Sequence record: OR413575.1
DNA length: 64,000 bases
Direction: 5' to 3' (one strand)
This document shows positions 9,609 to 20,000 of the stretch, piece after piece. The notes under the pieces were generated by a model that was not told the DNA's origin, did not search any database, and saw only the letters and a program-made list of their open reading frames with translations. A program made the translations under genes and the position numbers. Each line of letters starts with the position of its first letter. Within the stretch, counting starts at the first letter, position 1.

Positions 9609-9994
9609 AATATTTTATTGGAGAGTTAGCAATGCTACTATTAAGTATCTGTTACATAACTGTTGTGGTTATCTTATCCATGTTGATTCGTTCATGGCGT
9701 GACTATAAGGAATACAAATTCAGTTTGCTATCAATCCCTATCGTTTTGTTCTGGTCGTTGACAATGCCGGTCTTAATGACGCGACTAGCTGGGTTTGACA
9801 TTCTCGAATTCGGGACTGAATTTGTTGTATCGTTTATGCTATCCGGATTATTACTGTCATTTTCACTGATGGGGTTAAAGGCAGGTAGTAAGAGACGACT
9901 GACGTTTATTTTCTTATTCGTCATGTTATATTCGCAATTACAATTGGTGAATCATCCTATGTACATCGTTACTACGTTACTGGAGGGGTTATGA
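9602..9994 (+). CDS. Membrane protein (~4 TM)
   Basis: Hydrophobic; first of four coupled membrane genes. Confidence 0.7.
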   Translation: MVKYFIGELAMLLLSICYITVVVILSMLIRSWRDYKEYKFSLLSIPIVLFWSLTMPVLMTRLAGFDILEFGTEFVVSFMLSGLLLSFSLMGLKAGSKRRLTFIFLFVMLYSQLQLVNHPMYIVTTLLEGL

Positions 9995-10383
9995 AACCTT
10001 TCCTAATCCTGATGCTGTATATAGTCCTCGTTGGGATACTGTTCATGTGGTTGAGTGACATGCGGCGACACCGCGATAGTTATAACGCATGGAATTTTAA
10101 GAAGTTTGCTGCGGTTCGAGATTTAGAACACTACTTCCTTCTTATTCCTTATATCGGCGGTACATTATCGGCGTTGGTTATAGCGTCTGATTACAGACTT
10201 ACCATATTAGCTGGGTACCTCTGCTTATCTCTGGTATTGATTGGTTATACTTACCTTGTAAGATGGGCGGCTTTATTGGGTAAAATAAAAGCTAATAGTT
10301 TTATTGCCCTAATTACGTTATCTACGCTTAGCTATTACGGCTTTACGTTAATAACATCATTAGTTTACTCGGGGGTAATGTAA
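9991..10383 (+). CDS. Membrane protein (~4 TM)
   Basis: Hydrophobic; ATGA overlap with upstream gene. Confidence 0.7.
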   Translation: MKPFLILMLYIVLVGILFMWLSDMRRHRDSYNAWNFKKFAAVRDLEHYFLLIPYIGGTLSALVIASDYRLTILAGYLCLSLVLIGYTYLVRWAALLGKIKANSFIALITLSTLSYYGFTLITSLVYSGVM

Positions 10384-10739
10384 TGTACTATCCGATCCTT
10401 TTCATGCTACCTCTTCTTGTCATGTCAGTTGTACTAATCCGCAACGGTGATCGGAATCCTAAGACAGCGTTCAGTAACGTTTGTCTGATGATGTTCGTTG
10501 CTATGGCGTTAGTGGCTTTAGCCAACGGCAGAGTATTAGATCTTACAGGTATTAGCCTGACCATTTACTTAATATCGGTGGCGGTATTACTGATCTCGAT
10601 CTTCGCTGTTATTGAAAGCGGTGACATGTATAAACTACGCGTTACTGTAACTATCGCTTTGTCATTCGTTCTGGCCTTCTTGGTCATTTTCGCAAAAGAA
10701 TGGATTTACTTTATCCGCTGGGGGTATTTACCGTGGTAA
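10383..10739 (+). CDS. Membrane protein (~4 TM)
   Basis: Hydrophobic; TAATG overlap. Confidence 0.7.
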   Translation: MYYPILFMLPLLVMSVVLIRNGDRNPKTAFSNVCLMMFVAMALVALANGRVLDLTGISLTIYLISVAVLLISIFAVIESGDMYKLRVTVTIALSFVLAFLVIFAKEWIYFIRWGYLPW

Positions 10740-11125
10740 CTTACGTAATGTATTTCATTGCTCTTTGTAGTACTTACCTGTACGCTTTATTCACTTACTC
10801 GTATCGCGAAGCGCGAGAAGAAGTTGAACTTCGTATTGGTCAACATTACCATAATCGGTTTATCGATATTCCTAATCTCAGGAAATCTTTACCGATGGTG
10901 TCCGTTATCATTATTGCATTCTGTATTCTTCAATTCAAACAAGCACTCGTCTGGATTGCAGCGATGATGGTAGTAAACATGGTGTCGAACATTCTGGCTG
11001 ACCGTGTTATCGTGAACTATTACAAGCATCGTTACATGCTTGAGATGGCTCGTAACTCAATATCTTTCTGGCTAACGATAGGGCTGTACATTACAGTTGT
11101 ATTGGGCGTCGTGAAAGTTATTTAA
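10700..11125 (+). CDS. Membrane protein (~4 TM)
   Basis: Hydrophobic; start uncertain (may be GTG near 10732). Confidence 0.6.
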   Translation: MDLLYPLGVFTVVTYVMYFIALCSTYLYALFTYSYREAREEVELRIGQHYHNRFIDIPNLRKSLPMVSVIIIAFCILQFKQALVWIAAMMVVNMVSNILADRVIVNYYKHRYMLEMARNSISFWLTIGLYITVVLGVVKVI

Positions 11126-11147
11126 TTTAACTCCCGTTTGTTATTAA

Positions 11148-11537
11148 TTGACAAACATTAATCAGAGGTTTTACATCGTGCGTAAATTCCACCGTAACAG
11201 TAATGCAGGCGATTGGTTCGTAGAAGGTAAACGTGACCCGGACCAAGAACGTCCTGTTCCGTACAAGAACAACCATAAATTGTTCCGTCCAGGTAATCAG
11301 GCTGTTCAACGCGGGCTGAATGATACCTTCCATGAAATCAGTAATGAACGCGACCAGGATCTGAAGCATTACGAAATCGATCGTATTCTGGATATGGCCA
11401 GCCTGGGCTTCGATGATGATCACATCGCGGAAGTTATCCGTGTGCCGGTCGAAGAAGTTGCCGCTATCATTGCTGCTGACGAAGAGCGTGAAATTCGTTA
11501 TCGCGAAGCTGTTAAGAAGTACGCAGCTAATCTGTAA
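11148..11537 (+). CDS. Hypothetical protein with possible C-terminal helix-turn-helix
   Basis: ILDMASLGFDDDHIAEVIRVPVEEVAAII resembles an HTH; terminator at 11553-11568. Confidence 0.55.
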   Translation: MTNINQRFYIVRKFHRNSNAGDWFVEGKRDPDQERPVPYKNNHKLFRPGNQAVQRGLNDTFHEISNERDQDLKHYEIDRILDMASLGFDDDHIAEVIRVPVEEVAAIIAADEEREIRYREAVKKYAANL

Positions 11538-11594
11538 TACCAAATACCCTCTAGGGCCTACGGGCCCTTTTATTTTTTGTCTGGAGAAAACAAC

Positions 11595-12758
11595 ATGCGT
11601 CCTTATGAAGAATTAGTTAAACACATCCTCATGAATGGTAAAGAGCGTGGGGATCGTACAGGTACCGGTACCGTATCTGTCTTCGGTACTAAATCGGAAT
11701 ATCACATGTTCAACGGTTTCCCGTTATTTGGTAAGCGTTCGGTTAGTTTGAAATGGATTCAGGGTGAACTCGAATGGTTGTTGGCGGGTGAAGGGAACAT
11801 CCGTGAACTGAAGAAGAAAGGAATCACTATTTGGGATGAATGGGCGCTGAAACGTGAAGACGTAATGGTCGATAGCAACGTCTGCGGACTGCGTCTGATG
11901 TTAGCGGCAACAAGTAAAGGTCTGCAACGTCCGGTGGGTAACGTATTCGAAATCGAAAAGTGGTGTAAAGAGACTGGAACTGATTTCGAGAAAATCCTGG
12001 ATTACGTAGAAGGGGATCTTGGTCCTATCTATCCGGTGCAGTGGCGTAACTTTGATGGTGTTGACCAAATCAAAGAGACTCTACGGACTTGTAAGGAACA
12101 TCCTTTCAGTCGTCGGCATTATGTATCTGCATGGAACCCTCAATACTTGCCAGATGAGCGCTTCACTCCAGAGCAGAACGTACTGAATGGTAAGATGGCA
12201 CTTGCTCCTTGCCACCATGGGTTCCAGTTCTACGTCGAAGATCTTTCTCTGAACGAACGACTGATGCACGCATTGATCATGATTCGCAAATGGGATCTGG
12301 TGCAGGTTGTACACGGTACAGGTAACCAACGTAATAACGCATTGGGTGCGCTGGGTATCTTCCGTACTCAGGATGAACGTGAAATCCATGCTATCCTGGA
12401 TGAGCGTAATGTACCGACCAAAGGTATCAGTATCGAATTCGTGATGAGATCATCTGACGTCATCCTTGGGACGCCCTACAATGTAGCCTCCTACGCTATG
12501 TTGTTAATGATGTATGCACGTATTCTGGGGTATGCACCACTACGTGTTATTCATCAGTGTGGTGACGCCCATATCTATCTGAACCATCTGGAACAGATTG
12601 ATGAAATGATGCAACGCGATACCCCTGCATTACCTCAATTATACTGGGCTGAAGATACTCCTAACGATATCGATGATCCAGCTGATTATCGTTGGGAACA
12701 TTTCGAACTCGTCGGTTACAAACCTGGTCCACGTATGGACTTCCCTATTGCTAAGTAA
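11595..12758 (+). CDS. thyA: Thymidylate synthase (ThyA type) with two insertions
   Basis: DRTGTGT, IWDEWA, LGPIYPVQWR, catalytic LAPCH, RSSDVILGTPYN and GDAHIYLNH motifs. Confidence 0.95.
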   Translation: MRPYEELVKHILMNGKERGDRTGTGTVSVFGTKSEYHMFNGFPLFGKRSVSLKWIQGELEWLLAGEGNIRELKKKGITIWDEWALKREDVMVDSNVCGLRLMLAATSKGLQRPVGNVFEIEKWCKETGTDFEKILDYVEGDLGPIYPVQWRNFDGVDQIKETLRTCKEHPFSRRHYVSAWNPQYLPDERFTPEQNVLNGKMALAPCHHGFQFYVEDLSLNERLMHALIMIRKWDLVQVVHGTGNQRNNALGALGIFRTQDEREIHAILDERNVPTKGISIEFVMRSSDVILGTPYNVASYAMLLMMYARILGYAPLRVIHQCGDAHIYLNHLEQIDEMMQRDTPALPQLYWAEDTPNDIDDPADYRWEHFELVGYKPGPRMDFPIAK

Positions 12759-12767
12759 GGTGATTCA

Positions 12768-13127
12768 ATGTTTGATTTAAAGAAAATTGTTATCCATGTT
12801 CATCTACACGAGAAACCTATGATGGATATGGAAGTAGATTGCACTAAGCATTTACATTTGGCGATTAAATCTATCACCGGTAAAATTGTTGACGCATTAG
12901 CTAATCATGAACTATCTATTCAGGGCATAAACGAAGCTAAGTACACGATTCAACGAGAGATCAATAATGTTCTGGAGAGCGATGTTAAATACAAATCTCT
13001 CAGTTCCCCGGCAAGTCCTAAGCTCACTATTCATCCAGCAGGGACAAAGATGCTCCTTATCGGTGATACGGAATATCATGTATCGTTTACCCGGTATTAC
13101 GACAATAAGGAGTCGTGGGCCGAATAA
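12768..13127 (+). CDS. Hypothetical protein
   Basis: 119-aa ORF with SD AAGG. Confidence 0.6.
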   Translation: MFDLKKIVIHVHLHEKPMMDMEVDCTKHLHLAIKSITGKIVDALANHELSIQGINEAKYTIQREINNVLESDVKYKSLSSPASPKLTIHPAGTKMLLIGDTEYHVSFTRYYDNKESWAE

Positions 13128-13357
13128 TGGGAACTTGTACCGGTTGTAAGAAGATACCGGCTAGTCCTGTATACGGAATAGTTGGTCAATACAGGGTTCA
13201 GACCGGGGAACGCTGTTGGTTCTGTGGACATGTTGTTGAATACGATAAACCACTAGAGATTAAATGCCTCAAATGTGATTCTCCTTTAGTTGAATTCGAC
13301 AAGGATAAGGATTATGTTTGTCTGTGCGGTAAATATTATCCGGCTAATCTAACTTAG
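13127..13357 (+). CDS. Small zinc-ribbon protein
   Basis: CTGC, CWFC, CLKC and CLC motifs; TAATG coupling at 13127. Confidence 0.6.
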   Translation: MGTCTGCKKIPASPVYGIVGQYRVQTGERCWFCGHVVEYDKPLEIKCLKCDSPLVEFDKDKDYVCLCGKYYPANLT

Positions 13358-13362
13358 ATTCG

Positions 13363-13383
13363 GATATATATCACTTAGGTGAA
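13363..13383 (+). promoter_or_regulatory. Early promoter
   Basis: GATATATATCACTTAGGTGAA. Confidence 0.7.
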
Positions 13384-13472
13384 TAGACATTCCTATTTAA
13401 TTAACCTTATTGGAGAGTAACTCAAGTTCCTTAACTAATCCATAAGGCACCTTCGGGTGCCTTTTCTTTTTT
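13379..13472 (+). ncRNA. Candidate ~90-nt early small RNA, or an empty expression cassette
   Basis: Early promoter followed within ~65 nt by the terminator GGCACC-TTCG-GGTGCC plus T-run (13446-13472); no ATG-initiated ORF in between. Confidence 0.45.
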
Positions 13473-13525
13473 GATTTCATCGATCTATCGTTTGTATTAC
13501 TCTATTTAACCTGAGGACATTTATA

Positions 13526-15226
13526 ATGGAAAACGCGAAAACTCCTAAGTTCACTCCTGCAATGATCACGGCTATCAACACCCAGTACGACCCGATCGTA
13601 CGTGAAGTGTTTGACAACTTCGTTAAACGCGAAGGCCGTCCTGTATTCCACGCATGTTCTACTGAAGATCGTCGTGACTTAGCGGACATCTTCCAGACGA
13701 ACCTTCCTACCTATAATCTGGGTGAAGGAGAATGTCGTGTCTGCGCCAACTGGCTAAACGTATATGGTGACCTCGTGTGGCATGAAGCCGATGGCTCTGT
13801 CCATACCCTCTGGTCTAACTACAAAGGCCCGGAGATCTACAAATCTCTCTTCGGTACTATGGAAACCTTCGTGAAAGATGCCTACGAAGAAAGTCGTACT
13901 GAGAAAAATGACGTCGGCGTGGTAGTGTGGCACAACAACACTTCACCTGATAACCTTCCTGTATATCCTGACACCGTTAAAGTTGGTCAGGCCGTAGCAG
14001 GAGGTTTCCATCACTTCCATCTGGATTGGTCACCGGCGGTAAATTCTGGTAACTACTCAGCATCTCGTTGTCGTTCTATCATAAACGCAGCATTGAACTT
14101 TGGTTACTGGGTTACTCAGTCTCCAATGGTTCTCGATCGTATGCAAGCTGTTCTGAACTTCCTGGTACAGCAAACCGAAAATACTCACATCCGTAAATCC
14201 ATTGCGGCGTTAACTGAGTGTCTGACCGTATTCAAAGACCTCGACCGCAAGACTCTGGAATCTGATTACGTCGGCACTGTTGCATACGTACGCGGTAACG
14301 TACATCGTCTGCGTGAACATATGTACGCCATCCGTTCTGGTGCACTCAGTGTTCTTATCAAAGACACGACCACCGTTGGTGAAGTGTCTGAAGGTTCATT
14401 CCGTGAATACTGCCGTCTGACGGATCCAGATCTGTATAAGCGTGTTACGCGCGAGTTCTCTGAGAAACATCTGCGTGAAGCAGAACGTATCCTGGAGTCT
14501 ACTGATTTGGGTAAAGCATTCAAGCGTCGTTATATCCGTAAATCAGATCTCCCGTCGTTACCACACCTGTGGATTAACAACCACGTTTCTCAAGCACGTA
14601 AGCCGTTGAACATCCTCGGCGAACTGAATGTTAAATCTGAAACTAATACGGCAGATGCGTTAGGCCGTCCGAAGAAAGAAGTTAAATGCTCTCTCCAGAC
14701 GTTCATGGAGAAACACCTTCCTTCTATTAGCGATCTGTATTATAACACTCACGCTCGTCCTGATACCTACTGCGCTATTACTACGGCGGAAGATATCACG
14801 TCACCAGAAGTATTCCAATGGCCTGGTCACCTGAGTCACTGGACTTACACTCAGGGTAGCGATTGCCGTCAGTGGGGATTGCGTGCTGGTCAGGGTGTAC
14901 GTATCGCTACGATTATGCGTGGTCCTGAACATGGTAACATCGGTTGGGATGAGCGTCGTAACAAGCGTCTGGTGTTTGGTCTTGAAGAAGGTGCGCACGT
15001 AGGTGCTGGAATGACCGGTCTGTGGAAGGAATATATCAGCAAGTCTATTCCTGACTACAACAAGCTCATTAACGTCATCGCGGCGTATAATGAAAAGACG
15101 GCTCTCCCAATGGATCCGGAACAGATGGTCTTCGTATCTGCAACCGAAGGGAACATTCGCGAGCTCGTGCTTTGGGGGATGGTAGGTGACATCTGGACTC
15201 AGTTCACTATTACAAGCTGGGAATAA
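13526..15226 (+). CDS. Conserved large-phage protein of unknown function (566 aa)
   Basis: CRVC..WLNVYGDLV, FHHFH and HWTYTQGS..RQWGL motifs, recalled from a widespread uncharacterised phage family. Confidence 0.75.
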   Translation: MENAKTPKFTPAMITAINTQYDPIVREVFDNFVKREGRPVFHACSTEDRRDLADIFQTNLPTYNLGEGECRVCANWLNVYGDLVWHEADGSVHTLWSNYKGPEIYKSLFGTMETFVKDAYEESRTEKNDVGVVVWHNNTSPDNLPVYPDTVKVGQAVAGGFHHFHLDWSPAVNSGNYSASRCRSIINAALNFGYWVTQSPMVLDRMQAVLNFLVQQTENTHIRKSIAALTECLTVFKDLDRKTLESDYVGTVAYVRGNVHRLREHMYAIRSGALSVLIKDTTTVGEVSEGSFREYCRLTDPDLYKRVTREFSEKHLREAERILESTDLGKAFKRRYIRKSDLPSLPHLWINNHVSQARKPLNILGELNVKSETNTADALGRPKKEVKCSLQTFMEKHLPSISDLYYNTHARPDTYCAITTAEDITSPEVFQWPGHLSHWTYTQGSDCRQWGLRAGQGVRIATIMRGPEHGNIGWDERRNKRLVFGLEEGAHVGAGMTGLWKEYISKSIPDYNKLINVIAAYNEKTALPMDPEQMVFVSATEGNIRELVLWGMVGDIWTQFTITSWE

Positions 15227-15227
15227 C

Positions 15228-15569
15228 ATGACCGCATATCAGATCGCTAACGTAGCAGAGTTGTTGTTGAGTGCACAAGTTATCTGTATCGGACTTGCAA
15301 TTGTACTTTCGGCCTTTCGCCCTGACTGCCATACTGATAACCATTGGACTGGTTTGGTATTTGTGTTTTGGATGGTTATTGGCATAACCTTCCCATACTT
15401 CCATATACCTGGCATTGGCTGGTATCGAGTGGTCGGATTGGCGCTGTACATGTTTACCTCCTTATTCTATGCGAGATATTGCTACGGACCGAGGCGGAAG
15501 TGGATACTGCCACTGCAACTTGTTATAACCACTAACGCTGTTTTGGCACTTTGGTCGTTAATGACTTAA
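15228..15569 (+). CDS. Membrane protein (~4 TM)
   Basis: Hydrophobic; terminator at 15582-15602. Confidence 0.65.
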   Translation: MTAYQIANVAELLLSAQVICIGLAIVLSAFRPDCHTDNHWTGLVFVFWMVIGITFPYFHIPGIGWYRVVGLALYMFTSLFYARYCYGPRRKWILPLQLVITTNAVLALWSLMT

Positions 15570-15805
15570 AGCAGCACATGAGAGGGGTCTAGACGACCCC
15601 TCTTTTTTTTTGTCTGAATTGATGTGTATCAAATTTGGGTTAAGTCCTACACTAATTGTTAAATCATTGTTAACAATACGATGAAACGATATGAGGTTAA
15701 CCCTCAGACTGTATACGCTTTCAATCGGAATGTTCCTACACTTTAGAAAGGGTAACATCACAGGGCGTGTACTATTCTTCTCTCCTTAATGATAGGGATA
15801 GTAAC

Positions 15806-16180
15806 ATGGTTTTACAACAACCCATCGTGAATCATATTCTGGATGCACTTCAACTCAATCTTATTCTGCTGCCAATTGGCGGATTTGCTTTATTCTATTC
15901 TTTGTTTCAGAGGGATCGTTTAGGGTACTGGTTGAACGGTTATAGTGTAATCTGGGCGATTACTTCTATTATCGCTTATGTCTTCGTCCCCAATCACCTT
16001 AGCTGGTTGATCGACACATCTATATTACCGCTGATGATGGCTATCGTATTATACGCTACATCTTACAAGCGGGATAATTGCTGGATACCGGCATTATTAC
16101 ATTGCTACTTTACAGTGGCGATGACTTTACCTTTAGTTACCAGGTTAGAGGATATCCTCGGATTAAATGGGTTATTCTAA
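15806..16180 (+). CDS. Membrane protein (~4 TM)
   Basis: Hydrophobic; terminator GAGGGC-TTCG-GCCCTC at 16185-16200. Confidence 0.65.
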   Translation: MVLQQPIVNHILDALQLNLILLPIGGFALFYSLFQRDRLGYWLNGYSVIWAITSIIAYVFVPNHLSWLIDTSILPLMMAIVLYATSYKRDNCWIPALLHCYFTVAMTLPLVTRLEDILGLNGLF

Positions 16181-16252
16181 ATTTGAGGGCTTCGGCCCTC
16201 TTTTTTGCTGTCATAATGCACGATTTTATGTAATGCTCTTTAAGGAGGGGCT

Positions 16253-17026
16253 ATGGACAAGTATATAGACACAATTGAATCCGAGTTGCTCGGTACAATT
16301 AACAAAGATAATGACCTGACTTTAAGAGATACCGATGTTTCTTTTAGTGGCTGGGTACGTGGTGAAGATAAAGTAGCTGTGTTTGTAAAAGGTCAAATGC
16401 CTTTCTACGACCGTAAGATTGTTGACTACAAACGGCGTGACTTAGCTGCATTCTTTTTAGGTATTCCGGTAGCGATTGACAAAACTAAACTATCAGCTGA
16501 TTTCACCGGTCAAGATCTGGTAGCTATTCTTAATAGCTACTGGCCAGGGCTAATTGATGTTGATGACATTAATGGCACATGGTTAGGGACTCATTTTAAT
16601 CAGAGTACTGAAACAGTAGAGATGGTAGCGGACACCGCGTCATTACGTTGGACAGGTAAAGTAACCATTTACCTCGTCACTAGCATACAAGAACTCTCTG
16701 AGATCTGGCTTAATACCCCACGTATTTATTCAGGATCTGTGACTATGCACGATGTATTAGTTTACACACGTGACTATAGTTCATACGGGAGAATGATGCA
16801 GGATATAAATGAAGAAGGTCCGGCGTTAGAAGAATTCAAAGAATACACCAACGTATTGAAAGACTTCACGTTAGCCTCTTACTACAAATTCTTTTACAAC
16901 GGTCCTGTAGATGAGATACCTGCCCCACTTACCGGGATGGGAAAGGATACGTTTAAGAACGTGTTAATACTGGTAAAAGATCTGGAGACGGCTGAAGTGC
17001 TCTATCTGCATTATGGGAGGAAGTAA
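16253..17026 (+). CDS. Putative virion structural protein
   Basis: Late TATG motif upstream (~16227); YKRRDLAAFF resembles the Y-x-R-x-D-L motif of phiKZ-like tail/baseplate proteins; coupled to the next gene. Confidence 0.55.
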   Translation: MDKYIDTIESELLGTINKDNDLTLRDTDVSFSGWVRGEDKVAVFVKGQMPFYDRKIVDYKRRDLAAFFLGIPVAIDKTKLSADFTGQDLVAILNSYWPGLIDVDDINGTWLGTHFNQSTETVEMVADTASLRWTGKVTIYLVTSIQELSEIWLNTPRIYSGSVTMHDVLVYTRDYSSYGRMMQDINEEGPALEEFKEYTNVLKDFTLASYYKFFYNGPVDEIPAPLTGMGKDTFKNVLILVKDLETAEVLYLHYGRK

Positions 17027-20000
17027 TGAATAAGCCATGGTGGGAAGAAAACCCCGATGACTATATCGACAAAATGAACAAAGGGAACATTAAGAAAGTC
17101 GATAACGATGATGTTGATATCGAGTTCCGGCAAGATGGAATTTACGCTGTAGCTAATAGTGAGCGTGTTGAAGGCGAAATGAAGTTGAACGTCGGTCAGC
17201 GCTTGATTCAGAACTTTACCGGGCAAGAAGCTCTGATCTTCACTGAAGAAAACTATAAGAACGGGAGCAAGACTAGATCCCAACTCTTAACTGAGATTCG
17301 CCGCGATACTGGGCTAGAGCTACCTGACTCCATGTTTAAGGATCTGTTCAAGATTGTCAACCCTCCAACCGGTGGGCAGCAAGCTCCTTGTTTCCCTATA
17401 GCGTTGGAGCCAAATGGTACTTGGATGGGCGGAGTGACGACCCCTTTAATCGTTGAAAACTCTTACGATATTAACTTACTAGTGGTGAAAGCTCAAAGTT
17501 ACATCGCCGACGTTTACCCCCCGGTCGAAGATCGTAATGGTCAGGTTATTATCAACACTGGTCGTGGTTATGGCTGTACTATTAAACCTACCGTACCGGG
17601 AGTTTACGATATCGGATTGAACATTAGTACATCAGGTGTTCGTATTTACCTTATGCGCTTTGAGAACTGGGGTACTTATAAGCTGGACATGACACAAGCC
17701 GGTTACCCGGTAGAACCACTTGTCTATAACTTCGGTCAGAATACCTGCCATATACTTTTCTTCAAGCAGTTCACTACAATGCGCTGGATTCAATTACCTG
17801 CCGATCTTTCTAAGCCGGGTGTTTGGAAGAAAGCTATGTCTAAATTAGCTAGCGTTGCAATGGATGATGAAAACATCTATCGGTTAATGAATGGACATGT
17901 AAATTTCCTAAACAAGAATACTGGGAAGTATGTTGACCCTAAAGTTGATCGTTTTGTAATTAATGATACTGGTGTTGTAGTGAACAACAGGCATTATACT
18001 TACAACACTCGACAGGAAGGACAACCTGATGGTGATGCCACTACTGAAGGACAGTCTATTAACATTGCGGGGTTTATTGAGGCATATCGGGCAGCTGATG
18101 GGCGTGGTAGTGCTGCGGTAGCTGCTGATTGGTTGTCTAAAGCTGAAAGACTCTATGATGCTTACATCACTGCGTTCTACGCCGGAGAACAACCACCTGA
18201 TACTCCAGCACGTTGGGCAAGTAACTGGATTGTAAACGGCAAGGCTCCTGTATTGGCACACTACCCATTGGCCCCAGCCGACGAATTCCCTACACACGGT
18301 GGATTCAAAAACATTGACGTTGAATTTAATGCCGGAATAGGTAGGATTCCTCATGGTGCTCCTTATTGGGGCGAATACCTTGATGTTGTTGGAAAGGCAT
18401 ATCGTGGTCTTGTGGGCTGGAATGCGATTAACGCTACGATATATCAGGTCAACGAAGATGGATCCGTAAACTATAATGCAAAGGGTGTAGAGTACGAAGT
18501 ACAGGGTATCTACGCATGGTCGATGGAGATCATTGAAAGCGACGGTACCAAAGTAGCTGATTTCAGTGACCCCGCTGATATTGGGATGGTCGTACTTAAA
18601 GACAAGACTGTGACCGGTACTGTCAAAATGTCATTCGCTGTTCGGTTACCTGTTGAACATGGCGGGTACATGATTCAGACTAACGAATGTCAACACAACC
18701 GACCTATTCAAGTTCCTGTTGCCAGTAAATACAAAGGTAACGCCAGTGATGCTGAACAATGGTTCTGCGAAGTGGCATATGACCTTTGGAAAATAACAGG
18801 TAATGATAAGTATCGCAAAGCCTATCTAGCATCGTTGTACACTATAATGGAATATGTGTTCGTGGATGCTAATGATAAGTTCTTCCGTCAAGTTGTTGGT
18901 AATTCTAGTCCGGATACAGACGGCATCAGTTATAACTATACTTACCCAAGCGGTGTTGATATTAAATACGATAGGGATGAGAATGGTTATATTCGGATGA
19001 GGTCTGAGGAAGCAAACGGCGTTAAAATCACCATGGAGCAAAACGCTATATGGTTCTACGTCGATAACGATTCCGTTCTCCGGGTGACTTATAAAGGTGT
19101 TGATGATGCAGGACGCGCTATGGGTGCTACTGCCGTATTGATACTTAGTCCTGATAAGTCAGATGAGAAGCGTACTACATACACCTTCCACTTACCTGCT
19201 GGTAGCGAAGAGATGAGTGCTATTGACTTACCACTTAATTCTATCGTTAAGCCAGTTGAACCTAATCGTGGGTTGTTAATCAGTCAAAATGACGTAACTT
19301 GGCATGGCGGGTGTAATATAACAACTGTTCAGGACGGTGGTCCAGCACCAGGTCAAATTAGTACAGTGATGATGGCTAATGCTATCGAGGGAGAAGAACT
19401 GTCTTTCTCTTGCAGAATTAGTTATCCGCAGACCATCCGGAAGGTTCGTTACTTCAGTACTTTCGATGCCAACTTCCGTATGGAAGATACTAACGGGTGG
19501 CGTTGGTGGGTTATGTTACCTGCTGGTCCTGATTGGCAGACTAAGGATATCTTAGACAATGAATGGAAGTTATCAGCATATCAACCTAATCACCCCGAGG
19601 CAACGAGCACACCTTCAATGCCTGATTGGGCAAGCCCTGATGACGAGTTCACTATCCTAAGAGGTGACGGTGTTAACTTGGTAAGCGACAGGTTTAGTAT
19701 TTTCGGATTGAACGAACTCCCTTCGGAGTACGGTATTCAACCTGGGTATACAATGTTGTTTAACCTTACGTTTGCTATGGAAGGTACTGGCACTGCATAT
19801 ATGGGCGACTGCACTATCATAGGCGCTCGTAATGATGCGTTACCTTACACACCTGGCGTAATACCATTCAGTAACAACAACATCCCGGATGCACCTACGT
19901 TTGACTCTTGGCGTGGACAACCTTACCCCGGTTATCAGTATCCGTTCTTCTATTGCTATCAAACTCTTGAAGAGAACCCTGATCGTGATTTGATGATTAA

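Noticed and set aside
11595-12758. dUMP/dCMP hydroxymethylase or intein in thyA
   Set aside because: The specificity Asn is retained, and the inserts lack intein C/S...HN termini.
15610-15790. Possible ncRNA or small ORFs (MKRYEVNP..., minus-strand 67 aa)
   Set aside because: No convincing SD, promoter-terminator pair or stems; likely ordinary promoter region.
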